NCBI GenBank assembly: GCA_963736875.1
Contig: CAVTQH010000002.1
Span: forward strand, 5,294 to 69,293
Direction of reading: 5' to 3'
From: Candidatus Amesbacteria bacterium
Lineage (GTDB): Bacteria; Patescibacteriota; Microgenomatia; CAZETR01; Amesbacteraceae
Length of the DNA: 64,000 nucleotides
This document shows, one piece after another, positions 1 to 11,129 of this stretch; within the stretch, counting starts at the first letter, position 1, and the number at the start of each line of letters is the position of its first letter. The notes below the pieces were generated by a model. That model did no database searches and was not told where the DNA came from. It saw nothing but the letters and a program-made list of their open reading frames with translations. A program made the translations under genes and the position numbers.

Positions 1-1490
1 GTATCCGGCAGCCGATGCTGACAAACTGACTCTCAATGGATTGTTAACCGCTACCGCCGGAGCGACGCTGGCCGGTGCCGTTAATATCAACACCACCGGC
101 ACAGCCAATACCGCCATCGGTAACGCCGCCGGGACATTTGCCCTGGCATCCTCAGGCGGTCTGAATGTCACGACGGGAGGAGCCTTGACCGGGGTGGCGT
201 CCATTGATACCATTTCCACTTCGGCAACAGCCATAGGGTTTGCCGGTCTCGGAGGGATTACTTCGGCAGCCGGAACCGATCTCTCCTTCACTTCCGGAAC
301 CACGGGAACTGTCAGTGTTGATTCCGGAACCAGCGGAGCGGTTAACCTGGGAACCGGCAATACCGCCAAGACCATTAATATAGGAACTGGTACCGGCGGA
401 GACAACATTAATATCGGCACCAACAATACGACCGCCGATACCATTGCCGTAGGGTCAGCTCTGGACTCCTTTGCTCTGACTTCCACCGGTTTGAATGTCA
501 CGACGGGAGGAGCCTTGACCGGGGTGGCGTCGATAGATACGATTTCCGTTTCCGCCACGGCCCTGGGGTTTGCCGGAGTCGGGACTCTTTCCGCCGGAGC
601 CACCGGATTAAACCTTCAGGGTGACGGAGCCATTGACGTCAACCTGGCAGGAGGATCCACTGCCACCGGTTGTACCGTGACCAATAGTAACGGCAATCTC
701 GCCTGTTCCGGAACCATTACCGCAAACGGCACTCTCCTCACTCAATACTGGTCCCGGGATGCCGCCACCACTACTCTGTATCCGGCAGCCGATGCTGACA
801 AACTGACTCTCAATGGATTGTTAACCGCTACCGCCGGAGCGACGCTGGCCGGTGCCGTTAATATCAACACCACCGGCACAGCCAATACCGCCATCGGTAA
901 CGCCGCCGGGACATTTGCCCTGACATCCTCAGGCGGTCTGAATGTCACGACCGGCGGAGCCTTGACCGGGGTGGCGTCGATAGATACCATTTCCACTTCG
1001 GCGACGGCTTTGGGCTTTGCCGGTCTCGGAGGGATTACTTCGGCAGCCGGAACCGATCTCTCCTTCACTTCCGGAACCACGGGAACTGTCAGTGTTGATT
1101 CCGGAACCAGCGGAGCGGTTAACCTGGGAACCGGCAATACCGCCAAGACCATTAATATAGGAACTGGTACCGGCGGAGACAACATTAATATCGGCACCAA
1201 CAATACGACCGCCGATACCATTGCCGTAGGGTCAGCTCTGGACTCCTTTGCTCTGACTTCCACCGGTTTGAATGTCACGACGGGAGGAGCCTTGACCGGG
1301 GTGGCTTCGATAGATACGATTTCCGTTTCCGCCACGGCCCTGGGGTTTGCCGGAGTCGGGACTCTTTCCGCCGGAGCCACCGGATTAAACCTTCAGGGTG
1401 ACGGAGCCATTGACGTCAACCTGGCAGGAGGATCCACTGCCACCGGTTGTACTGTGACCAATAGTAACGGCAATCTCGCCTGTTCCGGAA
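1..1490 (+). repeat. 777-bp (259-aa) near-identical tandem repeat inside the giant ORF
   Basis: gtatccggcagccgatgctgacaaac occurs at 1 and at 778, and identity runs to about 713/1490. An internal sub-repeat (tgaatgtcacgacgggaggagccttgaccggggtggc) recurs at 162 and 492. Confidence 0.95.
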
Positions 1491-4400
1491 CATTTACTCT
1501 TAACGGGGTAACCTCAGGCTATGTCAGTATTAAATCCCCTGCCAGTCCGACAAGCTATACATTAACCCTCCCATCAGCTGTTCCCGGAGTTTCCGGACAA
1601 GCGCTTATTTCCGATACCAGCGGAAATCTTTCATGGTCAAGCGTCCCGACAGGAAATAATCCCTGGGATCTTTCAAGTGACGGTAAGGCCATTATTGAGA
1701 AAAACACAACCATGGATCTTCTCATCGGAGGATCTGCCACATCTTCAGCCACATTCGCCGTTACGTCAGGTACCGGTGCCATTAAAGGTGCAAATGGCGC
1801 CTTCCTGGTAAATAGTTCCGGCAATATCACGGCAGCCGCTGCCACCCTTTCGGGTAATTTAACTTTTAGTAGCGCTGCAACCATTGCTACCACCAGCATG
1901 CAGGACCTGACTATCGGCAATACTAATACCGGTATTATCAAAATCGGCAATCAGGGTCTGGGTTATTCAGGCGGGGCTACCGTCAGCGGAGCATTACGGT
2001 TAGATGATGTTTATGGGGTGCAGGGAGCAGGACTGATAAATTGCAATGATCCTACCGAAAAATTACTTTGGGATTCCACTTCAAAAAGGTTTTCCTGCGG
2101 AACAAACGTCGGAGAAGTCCGGTCATTTACGGATACAACTACCGATACTTTGGACAATACAGACAATACTGAATACTGGGACGCGGAAGCTGACAATCCG
2201 AACATCCAACTTGCCAGCTCGGCAGATAGAGTGATGGTCCAGGTATCTGTTATCATCGCCAACAATGCCAACAACCAGGATATTGGTATCACCATACGCC
2301 GTGATTCTTCCACATCCACGGACGATGCTGACTGTGATGATACTCTCATCGCTCAGGATATTACTGCCGCAGGTTCCGATACCGGATCTGTGCCTGTTAT
2401 TACTGCTATCTTTATCGATAATCCCGGGGTGACTACCCAAACTGCATATACCGTCTGTTCCTCCGATGAGACTACCGGAGTAACAGGAAGCATCGAAAGA
2501 ATTGACATGATCCTGTCGGAAGTGGGAGTAGCTTCCGACTTGGCTGAAGTCTACTCGACCAATGACTCAGATCTTACATTCGGAGAAATCGTTTCCATCA
2601 ATCCTTTAATGACTTCGGGCATTCAGAAGACAACTTCGGCTTACGATTCAGCTATTTTGGGAGTGGTCTCGACCAGACCGGCAAAGGTCATTGGAGGAGT
2701 TAGTGGTGAAGGTTCAAGCGGAATGCCTATTGCAGTAACCGGACGAACTCCGGTAAAAGTAACTTCAATTAACGGTCCGGTTGCTTCAGGGGATGGAATT
2801 ACCTCGAGTTATTTCGCAGGTTACGGTATGAAGTCAACTAAGTCGGGTATGATTATCGGACGCGCGATGCAGGGTACGGAATACTGGAATGACACCTACT
2901 GTCCGACCGTAGACTCTCTTGCGGAAGCCGATATGCTGTGGCCTTACGACAGTGGTAATAATGACGCCAAGCCTTGCGTAAAAATACCCACGAGTAATTT
3001 AACAGGTGTTCCTTCATCCTACACCGAACCTTATGTTTACTTCGGAAAAGTAATGATGTTTATTGAAAAAGGTTTTGATACACCCAACAAGCTGATTAAC
3101 AACAACTCCAGTCTCTTCATTGACTTGGGAGCTGATATCCCCGGAATCGGCACGGAATCAGCATCACTGTACATGCTGCATGACGGATTAGGTAACATTC
3201 TTGAAAACGAAGGTGCTTTCTCAGGAATTCTTGCAGCCAATGCCACCATGGGTGCGATATTTGCAGACACAATTACGTCCGCAAGCATCAGTGCCGATCT
3301 TCTGCACCTGGGAGATATAGACATTGGAGAATCCGGAGGAATATTCTCATTCAGCACCGGTGTTAACCCGGGGTTATTCTCACTTGACATGTCCGGAAAT
3401 GCCACTATTTCGGGAACCCTGACCACATCAGGCGGAAATTATGATATCGCTGAAGATTACCCCACTTTAGATGGCAGTATTGAAGCCGGAGACATCTTAT
3501 CAGTTGATCAGGTAAATATCGGTTACGTGCAAAAGTCATCAAAAGCCTACGACAGCACCATACTTGGAATATATTCTGAAAAGCCCGGGTTCAGACTGTC
3601 CCAACTGGGCTCTCAGTTATCAGGTAGCCGCGCAGTTCCCGTAGCTTTAGCCGGACGTGTCCCGGTTAAAGTTTCGGCGGAAGCCGGACCGATCAATAAA
3701 GGCGACTATCTTACTTCCTCCTCCCTTCCGGGCATCGCCATGAAAGCCAACCGGGCCGGTCAGGCCCTCGGTAAAGCATTGGAGGATTTTGACTGTAATA
3801 CACCCGACTTTATTTCTCCCCAGTCAGCCACTTCCTGCCAGGGTAAAATCATGGCTTTTGTTAATATTTCCTATGCCGATCCCGACAATCTTCTGGCCAA
3901 TGTGGCTTTTGACGACGAGGGTAAAATCCTGGTTTCCAACATCAGCGCTTCCTCCATCGCTCTCCCACCCAATCTTTATCTGGACAGCCAACTGTTAACC
4001 GGTACTCTGGCTGACGCTCTTACCGCCATCGGTGACACCTTTGCTTCCCAATCAGCCAAATTATCTGAACTGGACTTAAGAGTCGGAAGCATCGAAACAA
4101 ACGAGGCTTCAAAGTCCGCTCAAATCGCCGGCACCATCGACTACCTGGACTTAAGAATTCAGGAGGTGGAACAAACATCCGCCTCCGGCTCGGCCGTTCT
4201 GTCCCAGGTCAAGGATTTGGCTGACAATCTCACCCAACAGGTCCGGGAACTTCTGGACAATAACCAAAAAACTTCCCTCTTGCTTACCTCTCCGGAGATT
4301 CTCATTTCCACCGCCTCAGCCGATCTTGCGGATATCAGCTCCGTCTCCAGTGCCAGCCTGTCCGGGGAACTCTCCGCTTACAGTTTAATTGCCGGCTCTA

Positions 4401-4999
4401 TCTCCTCACCCGATATTGCAGCTGACGGAACTTTGTATCTCCAAAGTTCGCCGCTGGCAAACCTTGTCAACATCTTTAACGGCGCTGTCACCATCGATAA
4501 ATCCGGGACAATCAGGACCATCGGCAACGTCAACATCGCCGGCAGTCTGAATATCGAAGGCGCCATTACTTCCACCGCCCTTGCCGGCGAAGATATCAAA
4601 GCCAAAGACGCTGTATACATATCTTCCTCAGGAGTGGTCAAAAAGGCCGATGCTACCGACCCCGGCAGGATAGCAGTCATTGGCATAGCTGCCAATGATG
4701 CCCCCCTTGATAGTGAGGTTATAGTCATCAGCGGCGGCCGGGCAAAAGGCTTCACAAACCTTGAAACCGGTAGAAGATATTATCTCGGCCCCGACGCCAC
4801 CATCTCCCCCATTATTTCCCCCGAGTCTGTCGAAAATATCTCCATGGGAATCGCCTTCTCCGATACCGAACTGGTGATGCAGATTGCCCCCACTCTGGTT
4901 ATTGATACCGGCAATGTAATTAATTCCTTCTCCCCTGCCCAGACCGTCACCGCCGGTGTTTCCGCTACCGAAAGCGCTACCACCACTCCCTCAGACTAG
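1..4999 (+). CDS. Giant Gly/Thr/Ser-rich surface or fibre-like protein, 5'-truncated by the window edge. It has repeats, two autocleavage-chaperone-like domains, a coiled coil and a C-terminal DUF2190-like domain
   Basis: ORF 41..4999 is open from the window start. Two copies of the motif DLAEVY/DIAEDY...GV(V/Y)S..P...P(I/V)A..GR.PVKV....G.I..GD.LTSS...G..MK; terminal AGEDIKAKDAVYIS...KKADA...IGIA motif. Confidence 0.75.
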   Translation, partial: YPAADADKLTLNGLLTATAGATLAGAVNINTTGTANTAIGNAAGTFALASSGGLNVTTGGALTGVASIDTISTSATAIGFAGLGGITSAAGTDLSFTSGTTGTVSVDSGTSGAVNLGTGNTAKTINIGTGTGGDNINIGTNNTTADTIAVGSALDSFALTSTGLNVTTGGALTGVASIDTISVSATALGFAGVGTLSAGATGLNLQGDGAIDVNLAGGSTATGCTVTNSNGNLACSGTITANGTLLTQYWSRDAATTTLYPAADADKLTLNGLLTATAGATLAGAVNINTTGTANTAIGNAAGTFALTSSGGLNVTTGGALTGVASIDTISTSATALGFAGLGGITSAAGTDLSFTSGTTGTVSVDSGTSGAVNLGTGNTAKTINIGTGTGGDNINIGTNNTTADTIAVGSALDSFALTSTGLNVTTGGALTGVASIDTISVSATALGFAGVGTLSAGATGLNLQGDGAIDVNLAGGSTATGCTVTNSNGNLACSGTFTLNGVTSGYVSIKSPASPTSYTLTLPSAVPGVSGQALISDTSGNLSWSSVPTGNNPWDLSSDGKAIIEKNTTMDLLIGGSATSSATFAVTSGTGAIKGANGAFLVNSSGNITAAAATLSGNLTFSSAATIATTSMQDLTIGNTNTGIIKIGNQGLGYSGGATVSGALRLDDVYGVQGAGLINCNDPTEKLLWDSTSKRFSCGTNVGEVRSFTDTTTDTLDNTDNTEYWDAEADNPNIQLASSADRVMVQVSVIIANNANNQDIGITIRRDSSTSTDDADCDDTLIAQDITAAGSDTGSVPVITAIFIDNPGVTTQTAYTVCSSDETTGVTGSIERIDMILSEVGVASDLAEVYSTNDSDLTFGEIVSINPLMTSGIQKTTSAYDSAILGVVSTRPAKVIGGVSGEGSSGMPIAVTGRTPVKVTSINGPVASGDGITSSYFAGYGMKSTKSGMIIGRAMQGTEYWNDTYCPTVDSLAEADMLWPYDSGNNDAKPCVKIPTSNLTGVPSSYTEPYVYFGKVMMFIEKGFDTPNKLINNNSSLFIDLGADIPGIGTESASLYMLHDGLGNILENEGAFSGILAANATMGAIFADTITSASISADLLHLGDIDIGESGGIFSFSTGVNPGLFSLDMSGNATISGTLTTSGGNYDIAEDYPTLDGSIEAGDILSVDQVNIGYVQKSSKAYDSTILGIYSEKPGFRLSQLGSQLSGSRAVPVALAGRVPVKVSAEAGPINKGDYLTSSSLPGIAMKANRAGQALGKALEDFDCNTPDFISPQSATSCQGKIMAFVNISYADPDNLLANVAFDDEGKILVSNISASSIALPPNLYLDSQLLTGTLADALTAIGDTFASQSAKLSELDLRVGSIETNEASKSAQIAGTIDYLDLRIQEVEQTSASGSAVLSQVKDLADNLTQQVRELLDNNQKTSLLLTSPEILISTASADLADISSVSSASLSGELSAYSLIAGSISSPDIAADGTLYLQSSPLANLVNIFNGAVTIDKSGTIRTIGNVNIAGSLNIEGAITSTALAGEDIKAKDAVYISSSGVVKKADATDPGRIAVIGIAANDAPLDSEVIVISGGRAKGFTNLETGRRYYLGPDATISPIISPESVENISMGIAFSDTELVMQIAPTLVIDTGNVINSFSPAQTVTAGVSATESATTTPSD

Positions 5000-6645
5000 T
5001 CCCGACCGCTGTAGGTACTGAGTATATCCGCCTCTGTCAGAGGTGTACCTTTGATTCTGGTCATGATTACGTTGGCCAGGGGTAGTATTTGCCGGGGATC
5101 GGAAGTGTACAGTAAAGATTCAAACACCGCTCTGTTGTCACGATAAAAGTTGGCTCCGTATACCCGGTCCAGAGCCGTTTCAAGCCCCTTCTGGTCTTTG
5201 GTAAAGTACACTTGGGCCAAATCACTGTCCGGGATATTTTTGGCAATTTTTTCAATTATTTTAAACACCGCCGGATAACCCAGATTGGTGCTGATATCCA
5301 AATTCCTCTTTACCGCCATCCGTGCATAATATTCGGTCAGCCCCTCTTCAAAAAACGATCCTGTCAGTTTCTTTTCTGCCGTCACATAGCTGGCATAATG
5401 CAGGTACTCATGGGTCAGGCTTCCGAAATAATCAGCTATATTCCCGGGATTGGTTTCCTCTAAAGTCAGTTTTATGCTGTCGGGCGGATCATATGCCCCC
5501 AATTCCCGGGGAATGTTTCCTTCAAGTGCTGCTCCGACTTTTTCCTGTGCCGCCAGAAACTTCTCATACAGCTGATAATCTGCCAGTAAACTTTGGTTTT
5601 TGCCAAGCTGTTCCCGGACCCCGTCCAGATCCTCGTTCATTTCTGCAATATTTTCATTCCACAAGCTTTTTTGGGTATCGCAAGAGGTTTGACTGTTGGT
5701 CCGCACAAACTTACCCCCGGTATAATGCCCCGCGGATAAACACTTGAAATATTGCGCCTCCATTTCGGCGTAACTTTCCTTAATCCGGTTCTGGTTATCA
5801 CTGATTTCAGCTTCGTTTCTTTGTATTTCAGCCGAAACAGTCCCGATATTTTCCCTCATTTCCGTCAGGGTCACCCCGATATCGACCAGTTTCTTTCTAA
5901 AATCCTCTGCCCGCCACTTCTGATATTCCTCCCGTGTCATGATAAAAACCTCGGGATAGTTTTTAATATTCCTACCCCAAAAATTACCCTTCACAAACAA
6001 GTACCCGATTACCGGGCTGACAGCCTGAATATCTGCCGGATTAACTTCATTAACAACCAGGGTATCGTCGATCAAAAGCATGCTTGAAGCGGGCTTTTTA
6101 ACGGTCAAAATCAGAAATCCGGGAAATGAAGGCAGTATCAGATTCCCGTATAAGTTCTCCCTGCCGGTCGAAGCGATAGCCACGGCCACCAGACCTGTTT
6201 TATTACCCGTATCACCGGTAATAATCCTCGGAGGCTGTTTAAACTGCTTCAGCTTCTCCACGATCTCTGCCCGTCCGGTAATTATCCCGATCCCGGATGG
6301 ATTATTGTTAAACCACACCGCCAGAATATTCAGCTCCAGAAATGCGACCAAATACAAAAGCACTGCCGATGCCAGAAAACCCAGAATTGACACCTGCAGT
6401 GCGGGAAGTAAAGATTGGACAATTTTTGCTTTTACGGGGGTATTTTTGGCAAATTTCAAAATACGCAATACCGCAAAAACTATAACTAAGAATCCTACTG
6501 CAAAAGAAATCCAATTTGCCAGCACAAATTTGCTTACATAAAAATAGTAGGTATACAGCGGATTAAAAATTGTCGCCTGCGGCAGATGGTAAATGAATCC
6601 GATACAGGCAAACCCGACCGCCGAAAGCATAATCAAAGTCACCAT
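4996..6645 (-). CDS. Membrane-anchored coiled-coil protein with a C-terminal gluzincin-type Zn metallopeptidase motif
   Basis: N-terminal TM segments; THEYLHYAS followed by FFEEGLTEYYA (HExxH plus downstream E). Confidence 0.7.
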   Translation of the reverse strand: MVTLIMLSAVGFACIGFIYHLPQATIFNPLYTYYFYVSKFVLANWISFAVGFLVIVFAVLRILKFAKNTPVKAKIVQSLLPALQVSILGFLASAVLLYLVAFLELNILAVWFNNNPSGIGIITGRAEIVEKLKQFKQPPRIITGDTGNKTGLVAVAIASTGRENLYGNLILPSFPGFLILTVKKPASSMLLIDDTLVVNEVNPADIQAVSPVIGYLFVKGNFWGRNIKNYPEVFIMTREEYQKWRAEDFRKKLVDIGVTLTEMRENIGTVSAEIQRNEAEISDNQNRIKESYAEMEAQYFKCLSAGHYTGGKFVRTNSQTSCDTQKSLWNENIAEMNEDLDGVREQLGKNQSLLADYQLYEKFLAAQEKVGAALEGNIPRELGAYDPPDSIKLTLEETNPGNIADYFGSLTHEYLHYASYVTAEKKLTGSFFEEGLTEYYARMAVKRNLDISTNLGYPAVFKIIEKIAKNIPDSDLAQVYFTKDQKGLETALDRVYGANFYRDNRAVFESLLYTSDPRQILPLANVIMTRIKGTPLTEADILSTYSGRD

Positions 6646-6669
6646 TTGCTCATTATCCTACCAAAAAAC

Positions 6670-8911
6670 CTAGGGTAAAACCGCGTTCGGATTATTTTCA
6701 ACCGCCGCCGGAGTTGCCACCTGGGGTAAATTGTTCAAATCAGATACATTAATATCCGGAAGTTTCGGATTCCCTAAAGCACTGTTACCCGAAGCGGCCG
6801 GCGGAGTCAGGCCCGGCGCCGCTGCATTCTTTCCGGCAGTTTTTGCTTTCAAATCCGCCAGTAAATCCGCTGCCGTTTTGTAATTGGGATCATCCAGATA
6901 TTTTGCATTCTTTTGCAGTAAAGTCACCGTCTGCTCGGCCACCAGTCTGGCATTTTGCAGGTCCCCTTTGTCCCTCAGGGCGATAGCCAGATTGTAATAA
7001 GCATTTGCATAATCAGGTTTCAGGTTGACCGCGTCGGTAAAAAACCTGGTTGCCAGTTCATAATTTTTTATCGAATAATAAACCCCACCCGCATTCAGCC
7101 TCAGTGTGGGATTCATCGGATCCCGGGCAATCGCCCGGCCGTAAGCATCCAGCGAGAAAGTGATCGAGTTTTGGGCCACCCCGGTAATATTTCGATAAAT
7201 CGAGGCCAGTGTCTCCCAGTTCCGGGAGGACAGGGGGCTCAAAGCCACGCTTACCCGGGCTTCCGTAATTGCCTGGGACAAAAGTGTCTGGATTGTTTTC
7301 CGGTCCTGGTCGGTCAACGATCCGGCGGGAGAGGCTTGGCTCGGCCCTTTTTGCGCCGCAATCGCATTGGCCAGGCCGAAATTTATCTGGGCCAGATCCA
7401 CCCGGTACAAATCGATATAAGGGTTAAGCGTCTCCGCCTTCTGCAGGTTCTGGTAAGTCAAAGTGGCATTGGTGCCGGCGTATGTCAGGGCTTTACGGTG
7501 ATAGTAATCCCCCGCCACCGTCTTATACGTCAGGTAAAATACCGGGACAAATGCCACCAGATACACGGCAAATATTACCACCGGGAAAAGATCAAATTGC
7601 TTATTGGCGGAGGTCATCGCTTTCAGCCCGAAAAACAGATCCGTCACCTTTTCCCTGATAGTGGTTTGAGACATTGTCAGGGCTGCGAATACAAACAGGG
7701 TTATCACCATTGAGACCAGCGTCGTCGCATGAATAAAAAACAGGAAAATTGCCAGACATCCGCTTATGGCCAGAGCGGTCGGCATCTGATCATGACTGTT
7801 AATGCTCTGACGTATCAATTTCAAAACCATCAAAATCACCCAGATGAAGGCCGCCAAACCTGAAATCCCCAAGGTACCCGGAATCTGCAGAAATTCGTTA
7901 TAAGCCGTATCAAAAGAAAAATTCCAGTAGTTTTGCAGATTAAATTCCGCGGGTTTATAGCTGGTAAAATTAAACAGGTAGGTGGCCGGTCCGGTTCCGA
8001 TAATGGGTGCGTCTCTGAAAACCGAGGCGGTTATTTTCCAGGAAATTCCCGGCGGCAACTGAACTTCGTTAGGAAAACCGGCTACAATCTGCTGCAGTTT
8101 ATTCCCCGGCAGCGGAATATTCGCCGACACCACAACCAATACTGTTATCACCAGAGGAATTGCCAGCATCGACTAAAGACTCTGAAAGCTGCGATCTTAC
8201 CGCCCACAGGCACAGCGTAAAAGTTATTCCCAGCGCCACATATCCAGGAACCGATCCGATTAGAGCTACAGTTATTCCGAATAAAAGCGCCAAAACTACC
8301 GCATAAGGTGAAGGCAAATCCTTATCTTCCCTGGCAATCGAAAGTATCGGCCACGGTAAAAGCATCACTAAAAAGGCCACTGTCGAAAAAGTGTATCCCG
8401 TAAGCGTAAAATTTACCGCCCTGGCAAAATCAAACGGCAGGTATATACCGAAGAAAGCCAGAAGTGAGACCGCTGCTACCACTACTCCGCTCCCGTATAA
8501 AGTATACAAAAATGCTTTAATCCGGCCCGGGCTTTTCAGTAAGGAAGCTGTGACAAAATAAAGCATTATATAGGTAATCCAGGAAATCGCCGATCCGTGA
8601 ACTCTGGGAAAATTACCGAAAATTGCCGGATATCTCGACTGGCTGAAAAACGTTGATATCAAAACCACCGCCAGCAGGGTAAGGAGCGGTATATCCAACG
8701 GCGTCCTGATAATTGATACCTTTCCTTTGAAAATCCAGGATAATATCCACAAGCCAAGGAGTATCGAAGTTCCCACAACCAGAAACGCCAATTTCGGAAT
8801 GTCGTAATAATCCGTTGTTTGGTTTACAAACAGGATCGGTGTCACCCCGGCAATCACCAAAAGTAACAGTGTGATCGCATAATCCAAATACACCGCTATC
8901 TGCTGTTTCAT
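6670..8911 (-). CDS. O-antigen ligase-like membrane protein with C-terminal TPR repeats, split by a frameshift near 8100-8170
   Basis: ORFs 8099..8911 and 6670..8169 overlap. Multiple TM helices; PIIGTGPATY and AYNEFLQ (Wzy_C-like); LKPDYANAYYNLA TPR. Confidence 0.75.
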
Positions 8912-8970
8912 TTAAACTGTAATTTAATCAATTACCCACCCTTCGTCAATAAGGAATAAACCCCGGGTGA

Positions 8971-9498
8971 CTACTCCTCCGGAGGCAGAAACTCTTCACC
9001 GTTGCCGGGTTTGGCATCAAAATTTCCCTTGAGCCATTCAATGTGGGTGCAGCCGGTAGCTTTCCGGGTCACGGAATCCCATCCGGCTGTGGAGCATTTT
9101 TTCATCCGCTTCCCGGCAGCAGTAGTATAAAGTACCAAAGGTTCACCGCACGCCGGACACTTTTCATCCAAGGGTTCCGTTGTCCCGTTAATCCACTCAA
9201 TATAATCACAGCCCGTCGCTTTCTTGGCGGTTTTGTCCCATCCGCCGGTACTGCACTTCTTCATCTTTTTGCCAAACCGTGTCACCGCCAATACCAGGGG
9301 GTTTCCGCATTTGGGGCATTTCTCATCCAGTGTCTGGGGTTCAACGGCAAGCCATTTCACATACGTGCAGCCGGTAGGTTTAACTTTTGGATCCCAGGGA
9401 CCGGCTGTGCTGCACCTCTGCAGTTTTCTTCCCGTACCCGTCTCCTGCACCGGGCCTAACGGATTTCCGCACTTGGGACACATTTCAATTTCATCCAT
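8971..9498 (-). CDS. Stand-alone protein of three topoisomerase-I-type C4 zinc-ribbon repeats
   Basis: Three repeats of CPxCG.PL......G......CST..WD.....TGC....W. Confidence 0.7.
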   Translation of the reverse strand: MDEIEMCPKCGNPLGPVQETGTGRKLQRCSTAGPWDPKVKPTGCTYVKWLAVEPQTLDEKCPKCGNPLVLAVTRFGKKMKKCSTGGWDKTAKKATGCDYIEWINGTTEPLDEKCPACGEPLVLYTTAAGKRMKKCSTAGWDSVTRKATGCTHIEWLKGNFDAKPGNGEEFLPPEE

Positions 9499-9500
9499 TT

Positions 9501-10004
9501 CTATTCCCCCTTAGGCAGAGACTCACAAGCCTCACCATCCTTATTCCCGTCAAGCCGGTTTACATCATTTCCCACACCGCCGACCTTAAGAAAGAAAGCC
9601 TGGGCCTCGGGCTGGGTTGAAAAATCGTCACAATTATAGTCATCCGCCTTCTTCCCCATCGACTTATCCGTGGTGATATTTCCGAACTTGTCAAATAAGA
9701 AATTTCCCTCCGCATCACGGGTAATTTTTGATTCCTGTAACGATTTCGTTTGCCAAAGCTTACCCAGGTCCCAGTCGTTTTGCGAAACCTCCAGGCCGAG
9801 TGCGGCCAACAGGGCAATAAATGCCACCACCAGCGCTATCCGGGCTTTTTCCCAGAAAACGAATAACACCGCCACCACTGCCATAAGAATTAGGATTACT
9901 GCCAGTCTGAATTTATGGCTGCCCCGGAGTTTCTGCACCTTGGACGGACCACCCGGCTTGATTTTTTCTTCACTGTCCTCTTTTTTGATTTCCTCATCAG
10001 CCAT
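9501..10004 (-). CDS. Membrane protein with an excalibur calcium-binding domain
   Basis: Two TM helices; [17 protein letters not shown]...[15 protein letters not shown]. Confidence 0.8.
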   Translation of the reverse strand: MADEEIKKEDSEEKIKPGGPSKVQKLRGSHKFRLAVILILMAVVAVLFVFWEKARIALVVAFIALLAALGLEVSQNDWDLGKLWQTKSLQESKITRDAEGNFLFDKFGNITTDKSMGKKADDYNCDDFSTQPEAQAFFLKVGGVGNDVNRLDGNKDGEACESLPKGE

Positions 10005-10081
10005 ACGCCAATTCTATCAAACCTTCTGCAAAATACCAATCAATATCTCTGTCTTCATCCTGCCCGCCAGATTCTGTAATT

Positions 10082-10615
10082 TTAAATCGAATTATTGTCT
10101 CCCTTGGCCAGCTCTTCTCTGATTTTTCTCACGCATTCTTCAGGTGACAAATTTACGGTATCCAGTTCTATGGCTCCCGGATAATATGTACTTTCCAGTT
10201 GCTCATAGATATTCTTTATAGCTTCATCCCCCATCGGCTTCCGGCATCCCTCTTTAATCCCCGGCCTGTTCCTGTCTCTCTCCTGCAGCACCTCCAACGG
10301 GCATTTAATCTGAAATACCTTGGCCTTGATTCCTCTTTTCCCTGCTTCCTCTGCGGCTAGCGGAATGATAAACGGGTCAAAAAATATCTTTTCCATTACT
10401 GCGGAGAACCCCCTGTCCAACAGATAAGTCAGTGTCGCCAGCGCTGCCTCATCAACATACTTTTGTTCAGCCAGGGTCGCCTCAGCCGCAAAAAATTCCT
10501 TGAAGTTGTCTACTTTAAGCCACACCGTCTTCTCATCAAAATTCCTTATTAGTTTGGCTATTGTTGTCTTGCCGCTCGCCGGTGCCCCTCTGATTATTAC
10601 CAAGAACTGTTCCAC
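10082..10615 (-). CDS. P-loop nucleotide kinase-like protein (AAA_33-like)
   Basis: IIRGAPASGKTT Walker A; lid-like LQERDRNR. Confidence 0.75.
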   Translation of the reverse strand: MEQFLVIIRGAPASGKTTIAKLIRNFDEKTVWLKVDNFKEFFAAEATLAEQKYVDEAALATLTYLLDRGFSAVMEKIFFDPFIIPLAAEEAGKRGIKAKVFQIKCPLEVLQERDRNRPGIKEGCRKPMGDEAIKNIYEQLESTYYPGAIELDTVNLSPEECVRKIREELAKGDNNSI

Positions 10616-10660
10616 AGTAAAATTCTACCATTTGCACAGTGTCTTAAATATTAACCGATT

Positions 10661-10966
10661 CTAAATCAGACCGGAAAAAAGTAGAATCAAGACCACTGCG
10701 GTAATAGCTGCGAAGATACCCACGGTTTTAACAAACAGGTTTACCGCGTCTTTTTTCTCTCCTTCGATAAAAAGCTGAAGCGGTTGATAAAAAAACAGAT
10801 ATGCCATGACTGCAACAGACAGGGTAAGGACAAATAAAACTGTGACCGGAGCGAAAAATGTATCGGGTTTGTTCTTTAAAGGTTGCGTCACAAAAGTCAT
10901 AACAGCAACAACAAGGATTATGTAAGCTGAAGCGCTAAAAGCATTAATAATAGGATTCCTGGACAT
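10661..10966 (-). CDS. Small membrane protein with three TM helices
   Basis: 101-aa hydrophobic ORF with TATAAT 6 nt upstream of the ATG. Confidence 0.7.
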   Translation of the reverse strand: MSRNPIINAFSASAYIILVVAVMTFVTQPLKNKPDTFFAPVTVLFVLTLSVAVMAYLFFYQPLQLFIEGEKKDAVNLFVKTVGIFAAITAVVLILLFSGLI

Positions 10967-11129
10967 ATGTTAATTATATCAATTGGCTCCCAAACCCAAG
11001 TTTCAATATATCTCCAACTTCATTGGTGATATATCCGTCTGAGACGGCTATAAACGAAAGTATTGAGAGATTAATCTTAATTATTAAGGATTTGGCCTCC
11101 TTCGGTCCCCTATCTCCCGTCGGCTTGAA

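Noticed and set aside
742-4986. Antisense ORFs over the giant protein and similar shadow ORFs elsewhere
   Set aside because: They are reverse-frame shadows of long coding regions with biased codon usage and have no independent motifs.
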